A stretch of DNA of 64,000 nucleotides from Squalus acanthias (taxonomy: Eukaryota), in the NCBI GenBank assembly GCA_030390025.1, contig CM059446.1, forward strand, positions 38,254,001 to 38,318,000. The letters are read 5' to 3'. The notes beneath the pieces were generated by a model. It had not been told where the DNA came from. It saw nothing but the letters and a program-made list of their open reading frames with translations, and did no database searches. Position 1 is the first letter of the stretch, and each line of letters starts with the position of its first letter. Positions 36,413 through 50,384 of the stretch are shown piece after piece. The position numbers and the translations under genes were made by a program.

Positions 36413-37829
36413 TTAAAGACGATACAGGGACTTTCAAAAGTTCACCTGTGGTCAAATGAACTGCGTGACAACATTTCAAACTTTGCTTTGCCGTTGAGTT
36501 ATACTGGAGCTGAGACTAACGGTAGCGTGAGAGTACCCACTGCTATCTGCCAAAGCTGACTTCATGCCCATATTACACTGCACAGTTTGCATCGACATGG
36601 AGCTGAAACTGCTTTGCAGGCGCATGCACTGTGTAGCATAACTGGCCTTCCGTATAAAAATGTGGCAAAGAATGAGCACTGAGAGCATAAGTGTAGAGGG
36701 AAGTGAATAACAGTGTATTAATAAATCAATCAAAATACTTTAGCGAAACTGAGCAATGATTGTTTAATGATTAATCAGTCATTGAATATTGGTTAAGAAG
36801 AATTGATTGGAAAACATAATGATCGCTCCGGGTTTAATATAAACTCGTAAAGTCTTTGTTTGTACTAAATACGATTCGTAACTCTTGGATCCAGCACACT
36901 AAGGTCTCTTGTTCTTTGGACTGACCGTGGAATGTTAGCGTTTCACTGCTTGACCAAGAAGGGAGGAAACTCGCTTCAACACTGCAACAAAGGAGCAATA
37001 AATTCTACCTCGCTCAAAATCATTAATTTTAAACCTTTTGATATTAGAGCTGACCTTCTTGTGCACACGTCTTACTCCGTGAGGACCGTGCCAAGCAAAA
37101 GCTAGACTTCCTGAAGTGGTGTAATTTTCATATAAACATCAAGCAGAGTCGATGAGGGGGGAAAGTGGGGAGTCATCAAAGGACAGGAAGAGAAATTCTT
37201 GTTTTCCTCGAGTGCTGATTCATAAAATCAACAGACAGTTGTTTTAATAACTGAATGGTGGAGGTTCAGACTCCACTTTGGGGAATGAAGGACAGTCTCC
37301 TACAGATTTGTGTGCACTTTCTCACATTAATTTTATCCTGTTTCCGATAGCAGCCTCCCAACAAATTCATTACCACGCCCATGTACAGTGTTTATCATAA
37401 TGCTGATCTAGGAAAGGTCATATTCAACCGAGCAATTATCAAGTGCATCTGAAATAAATAACTGAATGGACAGCTCTTTATACTGAGAAGGAAGCCTAAA
37501 CAATATATTGGGATTTTTTTGCAACCCATATGATTTTATCTCCACTTTCTATCTCAGGATTTCTAAACTATGCACCTCTCCTGGTGAAAAGACTCGATTT
37601 GAGATCTCCTCCCAGGCCTCCTTCAATGGCTCTGTACAGCTGCGGCTAGGAGGGCACTGAAGCAGCCCAAGCTGTCTACTTGCCTTATTTGTTCCCTCTT
37701 GCTCTGTAAGGAAGCACTTGGCTTCCACTTGTACCCTCCCCTCAACCAGGTGGCAAGAGTTAAAATTCAGAATCCAGCTGCAAACTCCTATCCCACGACT
37801 CCTTGTTTTTCTTTTGAGTCTCCCCACCA

Positions 37830-38205
37830 GTTTTCTCCCATTCGCTCTCCTTCTAAATGCATTGACTCTCACTGGATAGGGCTCCACAGGCACCATTTAT
37901 CTTCCAGTACCTCTCTCAAGTGGCCACTATTCACGAGTGAGCCTTGAAAATAAGTGTCTGCAGGCTAAGTGACCATAGGGCTTATCACAGCTGATCCCGA
38001 CCCTGTCCTCATCTGTGTCCCCTCACGTGGGCTTCCAGCAGGAGCTATTGGATAGTTATCAGGAGCAGGAACCCTAGCTAGCTTTCCCCTCTCTAATCCA
38101 GGGCACTGAGGGCAAATAGAAAGACCTCACTGACACTCTGACTGAAATCAACTAGTTCAGCACACAACCTTGGATGCTCCTAATCTGTATGGCTCAGTTA
38201 CTCAC
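37830..38205 (-). mobile_element. Ancient tRNA-derived SINE (AmnSINE2-like)
   Basis: Reverse-colinear with 55600-55960 (ctgtcctca, ttccagcagg, aggagcaggaaccct, gggcactgagggcaa, ctgtatggctcag). Confidence 0.6.
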
Positions 38206-41200
38206 AGGATAAACTCATTGACCTATCAGGGCAGTTCCCACCACATCACTCTATGAGGCATTGCATTACAGCGCCAAAGTACTGAGGCATCCTGTTACCT
38301 AATTATAGGGTGTTTAATTACACTTTACTTCTACTAAGTGAAAAAGCTGGCAATTCTTTTTAAAATGATGTAGTTATAATACTATACAAAATTTTCATAC
38401 TTTGTATAACGACTTCTAAAACCTTCGTATCAAATGTTTACTAAACTGCTCTCTGAACTTTTCGTATTTTATTAAGTAACCCAGATTTCTTCGAACTTGT
38501 TAAAATTAAGTCATTTCACAATCACAAGAGACAGACGGACAGCTGCTGATGCAAACACAGGGGAAGAAAGCGATCTACTGTCTTCTAAATCCTACCGCAG
38601 TAAAGTAAAACTGATTAAACGCAAAGGTGAAAATTGACAAGTTTTCCACAACTCCTCTGGCTGTTTAGCCCAGTTTATATGCAAATCTCTACATCGTATA
38701 TGTTGATTTATTCTCCCAAACTACATGATACATTTTCGTCTTCCAGCGTTTATTTTTCCTTCCAAAAACAGCTAGAGCTAACCGTAGCCAGAAAAAAGAA
38801 GCCACAAAAGTGCAGTAAAGTATAAATACACAGCCCCATCGCTGACCCTCTTCTGTGTGTGCTGAGGTAGTGTTGTTGGTTTATCTGGGAGAAAATAGAC
38901 CATGCTTTCTTAAAGTGAAATGGGATTACTGCTATTGTCTCGCTTACAATGCTGAGGAGAATTAGCAATAGTTGTAGGCACTTAGTGAGGCTCTCAGGCA
39001 GAAGCTTATCCCAGATTTTGCACAATAAACATTTGAATATCAACAGTGTTTTGCAACTCCAGCGCAAATGTATAAACTTCTTCCCTTTTGAACCGAAATC
39101 CCTTCAAATGGTAGCACACCTTCTACACAAACATCTTGGCATTTTTTTTTCTCTTTCTTGCCGTTTTACAAACTTGGTGTGTTCAGTTTTGTGACACATG
39201 CTGTATAACCAAAAATATAAGCTGCGAATCCTAGTAAAGAAACCTGAAGTTCTCATTAAATATTGGCACAGTGCCACTCATTAGATAAATAACTTTTATT
39301 CCTCGGGCTTTACACTTTTGGGTGGACTTTGGTTTTGTTTTGCAGTGTTACAGTTTTAGCCTGTTTCTTTTTCCATCAGAATGATAGAGTGCCACTCTCG
39401 GCCTTCAACTGCTCGATCGGTTTCTACAAATTGAGACATAACTTTCATGTCCAGTGTTGTGCTTTGGCTAAAGCGATGCCCATTGAATTTGATACAATGA
39501 TCCTGTAGATGAAGTTATCTGTATCGCTGAATGGGATGGTGTCAGTGGGAGGGGAGAGACTGGGTCTGGAAAGAATGCTTTTTCTGAAATCCTGAAGGTC
39601 ACAGTCCAGCTGCTCTGTGAGGCAAAAGGACACCATTGCACTGGACAGGCACAAGAAAGAAAGCACTGTAAATAGAGAGCATCTAGCAGGAGTTTTAGTG
39701 CTCAGCGACAGCTATGGCACTTAAGACCTTTTTTTTAGAAGGCCGCGCTAGATTATGCTCAGTGTGGAATGGTACGAATGAAAAAATAAGAATTCCGTCC
39801 AATTTTCAGAGAAAGGTTGAGAAATAAGACGCCACCAAGTGTCAAAGGTAGGAAAAAAGGAAACAAGACCGACCTTCTCTAACTGTTTATTTTAAAGCGT
39901 TAGGCTTTCTTGTAACTTGCAACTAAAGAAAATATATATTTTTTCTCTAACTGAAGCTGAACATGATCATTTTTTTATTCTGCCAGTAACAGAGCCATTC
40001 TTTAATGTTGTAGTAGCCTCCCAGGACTGAACAGGAGATATGTACAGCACGGAGCATTCTGCCAGCAGTATCACTGATTCCCTTCAATTGATAACGGCAC
40101 CTCTCCTGATTTGACAGGCATCAGACACACAGAGGGTTTAATATATTTTTTCATGTCAGTGCCTGTTTACACAGAGCAGGTCAACAAAAGGACTGCTCCT
40201 ATCTCACAGAATATGTGATTAATGTTTGAACTGAGCCTGACAATATATTCCTTGGATGTCAGGGAAATGCTCCTCAAACTGATATTTAATCTGTTTCAAA
40301 ACTGCTGAGTTTAAAAATATATATATTTTAAAGTACATTTAGCATCTAACGTAGGTAGAAAAATCAATGCTTTTATCATTTTTTTCTTCTTTTCTTCAAA
40401 CTTTTTTTGAAGATTAACAGTGAGCAAACAAGTTAAATCCCCTTCCTGTCATATTACTCTAGTATCAAGAGTGCTTTGGCTTGGTAATAGTTCTATGAAG
40501 TTTGCTGATTCTAATACATTAGATATTTTAATAAACTGCTAAGTTGATAGGGCCTTTGTACGGTTGCATTCAAAATGGATTCAGAGTCTGTTGCGTTATC
40601 TGAGCAGATCAATAGATCATTATAAATACAGACACAGAAGCAAACTTACATTTGCATTGCTTAATGAAACCTTTCATTTCTACCTGCCTTTCTTATAATA
40701 ACAGAACAATGTGGCTGTTTTAAATGTACGAACAACAGCAATATTTATGCAATTAATTAGTAAAATCAAATAACTTAATTTGTTGGAACTGATTCATCAA
40801 TAAAACGATGAAAATCATTGGAAAACTATAAATTATTCTTCATCAATAAGGTTTGAAATATAATCCTAATTACTGTTCAAGTTACCTCTTTCCTTGACTT
40901 TCAAATCATAGTTTAAATTAAGAACTAACTTTATGTGTGAAAAATATAAACTATATGATCCCATTAGAGAAAATCCAAATATTATCTGTAAAGTAATTAA
41001 ATTAAATTTAAGACTAAGTTAACCAGACTTTACAGCTAGAAATATTCTAAAGGGTGCACCCTCATTATAAGGATACTCGTGGTCACTCTTTAAACAACAT
41101 GTTGTCAATGGTGCATTTTATATGTGCTTTATCCATCAGCAAGAGAACCATATAAATGTTACAGAGCGCCCAGTAATGGAACTGTACTCTTTCCGTATGA

Positions 41201-44200
41201 AATGCTGTTATTTCAAGTTGTAACCAGGACCACTGTCATGTGAAATTGTTTAAATAATTCAAAAATACCATTTCATTTTCAATGGTATTTATCGCGAAGC
41301 AATCCGTTTATTTCAAAATGACTAGCGTGTGTTTCATTCACAACTGCGTTTGAAACATTTAGTTTAAACAATTCGTGTTAAGACCTGCTACTGTGTAAAC
41401 GATTGGACAGAGCATTCATAAATCTGATCTTTGATTACTGCTCTTCTCTCACAATTATGGAAAAATCATTTTTACTTCTTTAAAACACTGCAATCTGGTG
41501 TGAGCATTGCAGTATGTTAAAAAAAACACTCCGAATATTTGATTTTTGACATTTATGTGGAGATGAGCTAAAAACACATCTAATAAAATGGCATTTCTGC
41601 ACACAAACATGTTTACTGCCTTCATTAGGCAGTTAGTGCAAGATATGCTTAATTTGTGCTCCAGTGAAAACTTTAAGGAATTGACCATTCAACTCTAAGC
41701 CATATATTTTTTGACTCGAGTCCATTAAGTTAATTGTGATTTACATAAATTGCAATATATTAGCATGAGATTGCTGAGCCAACTTTCAACATTGTGCTTT
41801 GCACAGTAATTTTTCTTGAGTAGATGTAGCCCTGTGCATACAAAGAACTGAAGGAAATTGTCATGAAATAAATGCCGAATATTGCATTAAGTGAAGAAAA
41901 TGTTCCAGTAGGGCCCACAGTTATTATAAGCACCTTTATGAATCTTTTGGGGAGGAAAACAAAACTGCTAATGAATTCCAATGATAACCATGTATAAATG
42001 TGTTTGTTTTAGGAGAAAACCTTGCTACAGATGCTCACAATTGATTCATAATCACATTGTCAACTATTAATTGAAATAAATTTATTAGATCATTTCCAAT
42101 TTTTCTTCCTTTTCCCGTGCTCGTTGTTTTTTAAAAAGTAATAGCAGGCATAGGCAGATCCAAGTGTGTTATTATTTATCTTATTAACTGACAAACGGTT
42201 ATTTGTTTGACAGCTAATGTAATCAGTTGATGATTATTTGAATACGTAGTTTATTGTTTATGTTGAAATTTGTATACGACAAGATCAGTTTATATATTAT
42301 CTATTAAAAAATACACAGGAATTTTGTGTATACACTTTACTGTATAAAAGGTCCGTCAATAAGGATGATAGGGATGTGCCCATGAGATGTGATCATGTTT
42401 CCCCTCTATTAATTATATCTTGACAAGGAGACATTGGCTGATCTGCAACATTCTGCATCCTCGTTTTTATATCTGGCATTTTAATGACATGATAATTTAA
42501 TAGGAACTAAACTGTGATTGCAGACCAAAGTGAAAACATGAAAACAGTTAAATAAGATGGAATAAGTGTCAATTTTATTGTAAAATACTAGTACTTTGTG
42601 TAAATGAATTGAAAGCAAAAGCAAATTTACAAGATTATTTATGCATCATGAACTACATTGAAGTAAGTTCTGCACATGTTGATCCAATTGTGCAGATAAA
42701 CAAATATGGAAGATTAATATGTCAGTTTTAATTTCTGATTTAATTAAGCCTCTAATGAACTAAATATAAAATAATACGTGGGTTTAAAAAATGGCGTGTG
42801 GGTTTCATAAAACCTTAAGTTTAAATCCTGTAAAATATATGTATTTGGAGAAGTGTCTTGTTTTGAATATAAATGTTGCATATTGTAAGCCTGTGTCTGA
42901 TTTTTAAAAAGATACATTATGAGCTATAATATTAAACAGCTTTTATTTTATTCTCACTAGAAAGAAGGAGCAGATGCAAAAATAATTTTTGCATCGAGTG
43001 GCAATCTCAGGCCCACACCAAATTATATATCAAAGTTTGATATTATTTAGAAAACAGCAATGATTTGGACTCTTCAAACTAATCTATTCACAGTCTCCAG
43101 AACTGTGACGTTATTCCATGTTACTCATGCAGTTATGTTACGAAATAGTTTCCCATTTGGCAAGTGTTAAGAACGTTAAGTATCACAGAGATCAAGGAAC
43201 AACTTGGTGACTGTGAACTTGGACGGGGATGGTTTGCCTTTAATGCTTGTGCAAAGGTTTCAGATATGGTTAGAGTGGAAGTCTCTTTGGAAGTGATTGA
43301 GAAACATCAGCAAACCTTTGGTCCACATCGGCGCAGTATTGTTCATTTCTCATCTGACATGAATGTGCAGTGAGCTCCCACGGAGCAAAATGGAACTCAG
43401 ATGCCATATTAAAAGTGTAGCTGAATCTCACGTGGACAGCGCTTACGTTAAAATTTGTTTTCATTTAACGAAACACGTTCTGTGCAATATCCTTTCTGAA
43501 AGTGGCCATTTCCGTGGTACCTTTCATTGGCCACAGTTCTCTTCATGTTAAATGATGGAGTCAAATCCTGAAATCATTGCTACAATACTGAGGTTACAAT
43601 CGACACATTTTTTTAGGCTGCTCTTCTGTTTGTAATGCACAAATAGGCCAAATAAAATATCTTAATTTCTCAAAGGCCCGTAAATTTACACAGTTGGAAA
43701 ATTATTGAAAAGCAGTACAACAGTTTACAACGAAAACTTTTAAGATTAAATTATATATCAATTGTTTCGTACAAACATAATAATGTTGACTGTTCAAGTT
43801 GAGCATAGAAAACATAACAGTCTGTACATTGGGATTACAGAAATTAAGTCACAAGCATATTAATGAAGGTCACTTTTTGGAATAGTAAATGATTTGTGCA
43901 TAAATTCATTGTTTTTTAAGGTTTGTTATAGAAAACCTGCTATAACAAGCATTGTACATTTTATTCAACTATCAGTTAGCTAATATTTTTCCCCAGATTC
44001 CAGGGTCTTCATCGAGTGCAGTAGAGGAAGGGATTTAACTCCCTGCTACTCTATACTGTACAATATTGCCCAACAACATTGCTAACATTAAATCAATGTA
44101 ATTGATAACTGAAACATATGCAATTATATTACACTGAAATCACTATATTTAAAATAGAAATGCGAATTCACTCTGATGGTTGGAAGCCAATTGCGACCAC

Positions 44201-46555
44201 TTTACTGAATTGTGTGATAACCACTTTCAGCAGGACTCACTGGGAAAGAGTTTAATAAGATTTATTGTTAATAGCTTTGTTTTCGAACAACGAGCGAAGG
44301 GAAAGAATCCTTTCTTCCGCTTTGGCCCTTTATTTACAGTGAGTGAAAAACTGCACCTGGGACTGAATGAAATTTAAAACCGTTGAATGAAATCTCCCAT
44401 TTGTCTAAGGATTTCATATGTTTCATTAACATTATAGGAACATGAATTATAGTGTGAAATTTAACTAAGCTGTACATTAATGTATATTTGTTAACACCAA
44501 AAATTCAATGTTCAACAGATGAAGTTGGATAAAACATATTAAAATGTATTGAATAATGGAGACTTATTAATGAAATGAAAGAGTTAAATATATGAATGCC
44601 CTGTTAAAAAACAATATTTTTACTAATATTTCTAGTCTCTGGAAATGACGAGGAAATTTTAACACTAGAGATATTTTTCCACAAGCAACAATAGGGTTTA
44701 TAGACAAATTATATTACATCACTTTGCCTGCTTTAGAGGCAATTGCATTGAGTTGAGGGCTGCAGTAAGCAGATAGATAGAAGCTTAAGTCGAATATGAT
44801 CTGATGAGCAAGTTAAGCTGGGTATCTCCCCTCCCTGACAAAATTAAAAGCCTTTGCCGCAATTTTTTGTCCTAATCACATACGTGATGCCATAATTGGT
44901 GATTGCCTTTAAAAAAAAAACTCCAGCTGCTGCTTCCAGTTCTGTGTCTGTCAGCGAGCAGCAGGCCATTTTATTTGATTTTTTGAAAGGAAGTTCATGT
45001 TGGACAGCTGCATTCTGTTCCCTTCAACCCCTGTCACAAATGTTCTGCATAAATGTAAGTGATATGATGACTGGACATGGTGTCTCTTATAATCATTGGT
45101 AATGATTATCTGGTTTTTGTGTAATGTGACACATGTGCAGTGAATGAGGCACAGGCAACATCTGGCATGGATTCAGCAATCTGAGGGGTTGGAGTCATTT
45201 GAATATGCATAGGGATTTGTTATTCTGCCTGCTTAGTGCCAGCTCGCCTGAGCCACAGCGCAGCCCTGTTTGCTAAAAGCAAATATGAAATAGGCCCGCA
45301 AAGCTCCTGCAAAGCTTCTTAAGCATTTTACCCATCGTTCCCTGCCTTAATGCCAAGCATATTGCTTATTTTTTTCTGTTTCCTTGCTCAAAGTGAAGTC
45401 TTTCAATGACCAGCCATCACCACAGCCAGCTCGCCCTCTGACACTTGCCAAGCTGTTGATGTGACCAGTACTAGCAGGCAGCACTGTGGCCCCCCTGATC
45501 TGGTCTTTCACTGTCTTTAGTATTAGCTACCTGCCTCTTCCTTGGCAGCAGGGACCGAACAGCTGTTATTTTTTTTTTTATTCTGTCGTGCAGTGATGTG
45601 AAGGCTCCTTTAATCTTATTTGCTATGTTATATCCACTGGATTTATAAAAAATCTGAGGGGACTTCTGACCTAAAGGTGTTACAGTCATATAAACTGCAG
45701 GTCATATGCTGTGCCCTTCGCACTGCTACTGGCTAAGCCTTTCAGTAGGCCCAGGTGGCAGTACTGGCAATTTGGCACGGGCACAAATCTAAGCAGCTCG
45801 GGGAAAAAAAAAAAAGCAGGTTTTTACAAATATAGCATATGTCCTAGTGATCTGCGAGTTTTACAGGAAAAGAAAGGAGGTGAGAAAGAGAATGAGCAAA
45901 AAAAAAAGGATCACGTTGGAAAGGAGGGAGAGCGAAAGAGAAAAGAAAAAGAAATGGGAGACTAATAGAGTTAAAGGACAGGAGGAATTGCTACAGACAC
46001 TCCAGAGCGATCTGAAGCTTTTATTTTAGGATGGTGTTGTGCGCCAGGGTCAATCCGGGCCTGACCCAAATTCAACAGCAAGGATAGAAACTTCTAGAAA
46101 AGTTGCTTGCTTGTGGGAAGGAGATTGTCGTGAGTGTGGGCACTTTTTTAATCGTGGAAAACCCTTTGTCAACTGGGAACAAATGCTTATGTGTCAGTGC
46201 GTCCAAATGATGTCATCAGCTCCACGTGTTAGTCATAAATAAATGTCGCCTTTGAGTTGTTTTCCGGCACTTGGTTACTTACGCCAGTTCAGACCGAATC
46301 ACTGTGAACTCTGATTGACCTGTGCCCTCTTATTAGTTGTTCAAGGTTCTGTTGCAAACAAAAAACCTGTGATGTTAATTCCACGTAATTTCTGAAGAAG
46401 TTAAGAACTATTATCGAGCTCACAGGATAAAACAGAAACAGTTATACCCCACCCCTGCCCAAACTCACTTCATGAGATTAAAATAAAGTGCTGGTTAAAT
46501 AAAAAAAGTAATTTCCAGGAATAAATAGCACATCCAGGTTGGCAATAGATAAGTT

Positions 46556-47003
46556 TAGAGTCATAGAGTCATAGATTTATACAGCACAGAAAGAGGCCCT
46601 TCGGCCCATCGTGTCTGCGCCGGCCATCAAGCCCTAGCTATTCTAATCCCATTTTCCAGCACTTGGTCCGTAGCCTTGTATGCTATGGCGTTTCAAGTGC
46701 TCATCAAAATGCTTCTTGAATGTTGTGAGGGTTCCTGCCTCTACCACCCTTTCAGGCAGTGAGTTCCAGATTCCAACCACACTCTGGGTGAAAAAGTTTT
46801 TCCTCAAATCCCCTCTAAACCTCCTGCCCCTTACCTTGAAACTATGCCCCCTGGTTATTGACCCCTCTACTAAGGGGAAAAGTTCCTTTCTATCTACCGT
46901 ATCTATGCCCCTCATAATTTTGTATAACCTCAATCAGGTCCCCCCTCAGCCTTCTCTGCTCTAAGGAAAACAACCCCAGCCTGTCCAGCCTCTCTTCATA
47001 GCT
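46556..47003 (-). mobile_element. 5'-truncated CR1 LINE
   Basis: SYEERLDRLGLFSLEQRRLRGDLIE and YKIMRGID...WNSLPERVV; (agagtcat)n tail. Confidence 0.93.
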
Positions 47004-47819
47004 GAAGCTGAAGTTTCTGGGGTAAAGAATTATATCTCTGCAATATATTAAAAGTGTTGCATATAGCTCACACTTTCTGTAAGGGTCATCTAACCTGTAA
47101 CTGTTTGTTGATATAAAACAGCATACCTTCCAACACATTGTAAGGACATCTCCTAGTATCTACTATAAATCATTAGGTGCTTCAAATTTTTGCTCTTTTA
47201 GGTTTATTTGAGGAAAATAAGAGAAATACTGGAACAATCGGTACCGCACTGTGGTGGGTGATGGTGAGAAGGTGAATCATATGTGCTTGAATTGCAGGAG
47301 ATCAAGTGTAGCCTCTTGTGCATCAGTGCTCTTCAGTGATCTAGGATAGGGGTTGTAGATACACATCCAATCCCTGGTGGTTTTGTGGTCAGTATTCATC
47401 CAGTGCGTCTGGTTAGGGGTGATATTCGATATGGGTCTGTATTCCTGGTGCTCACTGTAGCGTTGTGTCTTTTGAAGCCAGGACCTAAAGAACACAATTA
47501 TCTTTCATCTCTTCCTTCGTTCATTACTTCATGCATTTTAGCCAGCAATTTAAAACTCTGCAGAACCTGCAAGACATGTGTTCAGGCTTACTGAGAACAA
47601 CAAGAGGATGAGAAATTGGTCAGAAGCCAGCCCTAACTGACGGGATAAAAGTCTCTTCTTTCGTGACAGCTGTAAAGAGTCCTAAATAAAATTAGTTTGG
47701 ATAGTTTCGACTCGGTGCTTAGTGGACATTCATCCGTAGCGCAGCCACACATAATGTGACATTATAATTGGTAAATTTCACAAAAGGTGAGGCAGAAAGA
47801 TGGGCGGTGTGTGGAGCAA

Positions 47820-48010
47820 GGCAATGCTGCACTGACACAGTAAAGGGTGCTCTTCTGAAGATGGGGTTAAAGCACAGTGTAGTGGGAGTTTTTACCTTGC
47901 ATCTAAAGCAGTAGGCCTGGTCAGCATGTGCTTGATGCTGACACTAAGTACAAGAGGTGGAAAATCCTCCATTCTCCAGCATTGTCATCCTTCATTTTGA
48001 TGTGATTAAT
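47820..48010 (+). mobile_element. Possible ancient SINE-like fragment
   Basis: acagtgtagtgggagtttttacc...tgcttgatgctgacact...ccattctccagca resembles a widespread elasmobranch repeat. Recall only. Confidence 0.35.
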
Positions 48011-48654
48011 TTGCAACTCCTCAGCTGCTGGTAAGGGAACTGAATTTTTTTTTTTAAAAGCCACTTTCAGCCTCTGAGATTTTCCGGCCTAGCAAGTTTT
48101 GATGAAGCTTCCTGTAGGATAACTGGAAGTTTCATTTTCAGTATGATGTGGTAAACTTGCAAGACCGGTGATCTATACTCCCAGGTAGATAATAAATAAG
48201 TTGTTGGCGTAAGTAATTGTTTGTACACCTATTATAAATCATTAGGGTTTTCAGCAGCATCAAATTCACAGGCCAAAAAGGTTAAGAGATTTTACTCTCT
48301 GTTCTTTTTAGCTAAGATTTATGTAACAAAACAAAGGAATTGTCCATCTGCACACAATATATATACTAAATTTAACAACTGTGTGTCATTCTTAATGGCC
48401 TCTCTTTTTTTCAGCTGCAGAATTTTAATATGACCATTTTTTTTCATCCCCTAACATTTACAAAAAGTGCTGCTCTACAATATTAGAATATTAATTTCTT
48501 TGGAAAAGTTAAAATAATGCACTCCGCAACAGCAAAAAGAATGTTTCTTTATTAATAATGGTATTCATTAGAAAAAAAACCCGCGCTTCTAATTGTTGTA
48601 TTTTTAATCCTTTCGGCTTTTCTGACAAGCCATTTCTAACAGTATTGAACAAGG

Positions 48655-48885
48655 GATATACTTGTTTCTTAGAACTTCGAGTCTATAGAAAACCCACACG
48701 TACTGACTGCTATTTGCATTTCCAATCCAATCGCCATCCCACAGTAAAGACTGAGGTCATCAGCTCTCTGGTAGACAGAGTCCTTTCTTTCTGTGGAGGC
48801 AAACCTGTCAGTGAAGCAGGCACCACAGCACATCCAGGAGATCTTACAGAACACTGGGATCCCACTTAATCTACTGAACAGAATT
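48655..48885 (+). pseudogene. Penelope-like element RT C-terminal fragment
   Basis: VYRKPTRTDCYLHFQSNRHPTVKTEVISSLVDRVLSFC matches the PLE motif VYRKPTHTDxYLHxxSxHPxxxK...LxxRAxxIC. Confidence 0.85.
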
Positions 48886-48951
48886 ATTTACCTTTTATCA
48901 AAGTTAAACAGCCCTTTCCCGAGCACAGCGACTCTCACTTTGGACACACAC

Positions 48952-49137
48952 GGGGGTGAAATTGGACTTGGCTGGGAACGCAAAACAGGAGGAATCGCTT
49001 TAGCCGGCCATTATACCACACGCCTGCTATTCAGTTCTGTTGAAGCCAATGGAGCTGAATATGGGGCGGAGCGTACAACGGCCAACCAACGCGATACCAC
49101 CCATTTTGCGTCCCTGGCCATGTCCAATTTTACCCCC
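48952..49137. mobile_element. Hairpin MITE, 186 bp
   Basis: TIR gggggtgaaattggac / gtccaattttaccccc; inner pairs acgcaaaa / ttttgcgt and tattcag / ctgaata. Confidence 0.8.
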
Positions 49138-49734
49138 GCGGTCTTTCCATTTCTAGAGTTTTGTTTCAATTTGTTACACTGTCAAGCAACACAAAATGAG
49201 TGTTCACATTGGTTTCAATTAGAAGCCAAACTTGGCTTTGCCATGACCAAGATCTACACCAGAGGAACAATAAACCTGGAATTTACAGCTTTAGTTATGA
49301 GTATGATATAATGAATATTAGGAAACTACAAATAATAGTTGTGACTAATTAATAAAAAAGACACACAATAAAATAAAAGTTGCTCTTGTTGCATGCTATA
49401 GGTGTCTAATAAATTATGGGACGTGGGGGCTAAGTGCTCTCATCCAAAATTTCACCTTGTCGGGTTTAGGCTTGGTAGGACCAGATAGCTTATCATTGCT
49501 AAATTTTTATTTTCAGTAAGGCTTCTATTCTTGCTTGACCTAATTATATGGCAGCAGGATTGCAATTCAAGTCAGTGCAGCTGATCTCCTGCTTAATAGT
49601 ACTGTAAGTACAAAAAACCAGCAGTAAACCCAATTGCTGGAGTGTTTGTACTGGGGGAAACTGCAGATTATTTCTTAAAAGTACTGGTTACATGTTTACG
49701 GATTTTGTTTTGCCAAAACAGTCTTTTAGATTTC

Positions 49735-50384
49735 AGGTGGTAAAGGCTGTAAAAAAGGTAAATAGGATTCTGGGCTTTATACATAAGGGCATTGATTTTA
49801 AATGCAAGGAGGTGATACTGAATTTGTACAAGACTTTGGTTAGGCCACAGTCAGAATGTTGTGTGCAGATCTGGGCACACCATTACACGAAGGGATCTTA
49901 GAGCCATAAAAAGAGCACAGCAAAGACTCACTGGAATGATATCAGGAATTAGAGGAGAAAATTGGAAGGAAATCTTGAGAATCGGTAATTTTTTTTATTG
50001 CTACAAAGAAAAATAAGGGAGCTATAACAGAGGTTTTCAAAATTATGCAAGGTTTTGAGAGGGTAAATAGTGAAACATTGTTTTCACTGTTTGGTGCATG
50101 ATGCACAGATTGAAGATTATCACTGGAAGAACGAAAGAAAAGGCTAGAAGAAATTTTGTCAGTCGGAGAATTATTAGAACATGGAATGGTTTACCACATG
50201 TGGCTATTGAGACAGAGACTATAATATCATTTGAAAGAAAATTGGATAACTATTCGGAAAGGAAGAGCATAAAACGATTTGGAGAAATGGGAGCAAACAA
50301 CTTCTACTGAAGAACTGGAAGCCACACAGACATGAGTGGCTGGATGGCCTGCTTCTATTCTGTAAATTCTCTGTTTTCTATGAT
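49735..50384 (+). mobile_element. Older 5'-truncated CR1 LINE
   Basis: KAVKKVNRILGFI...LNLYKTLVRPQSECCVQIW and RTWNGLP; tail ttctatga. Confidence 0.88.

Noticed and set aside
48793-49311. 172-aa ORF as a host gene
   Set aside because: Runs across a PLE remnant, a hairpin MITE and flank; no coherent domain.
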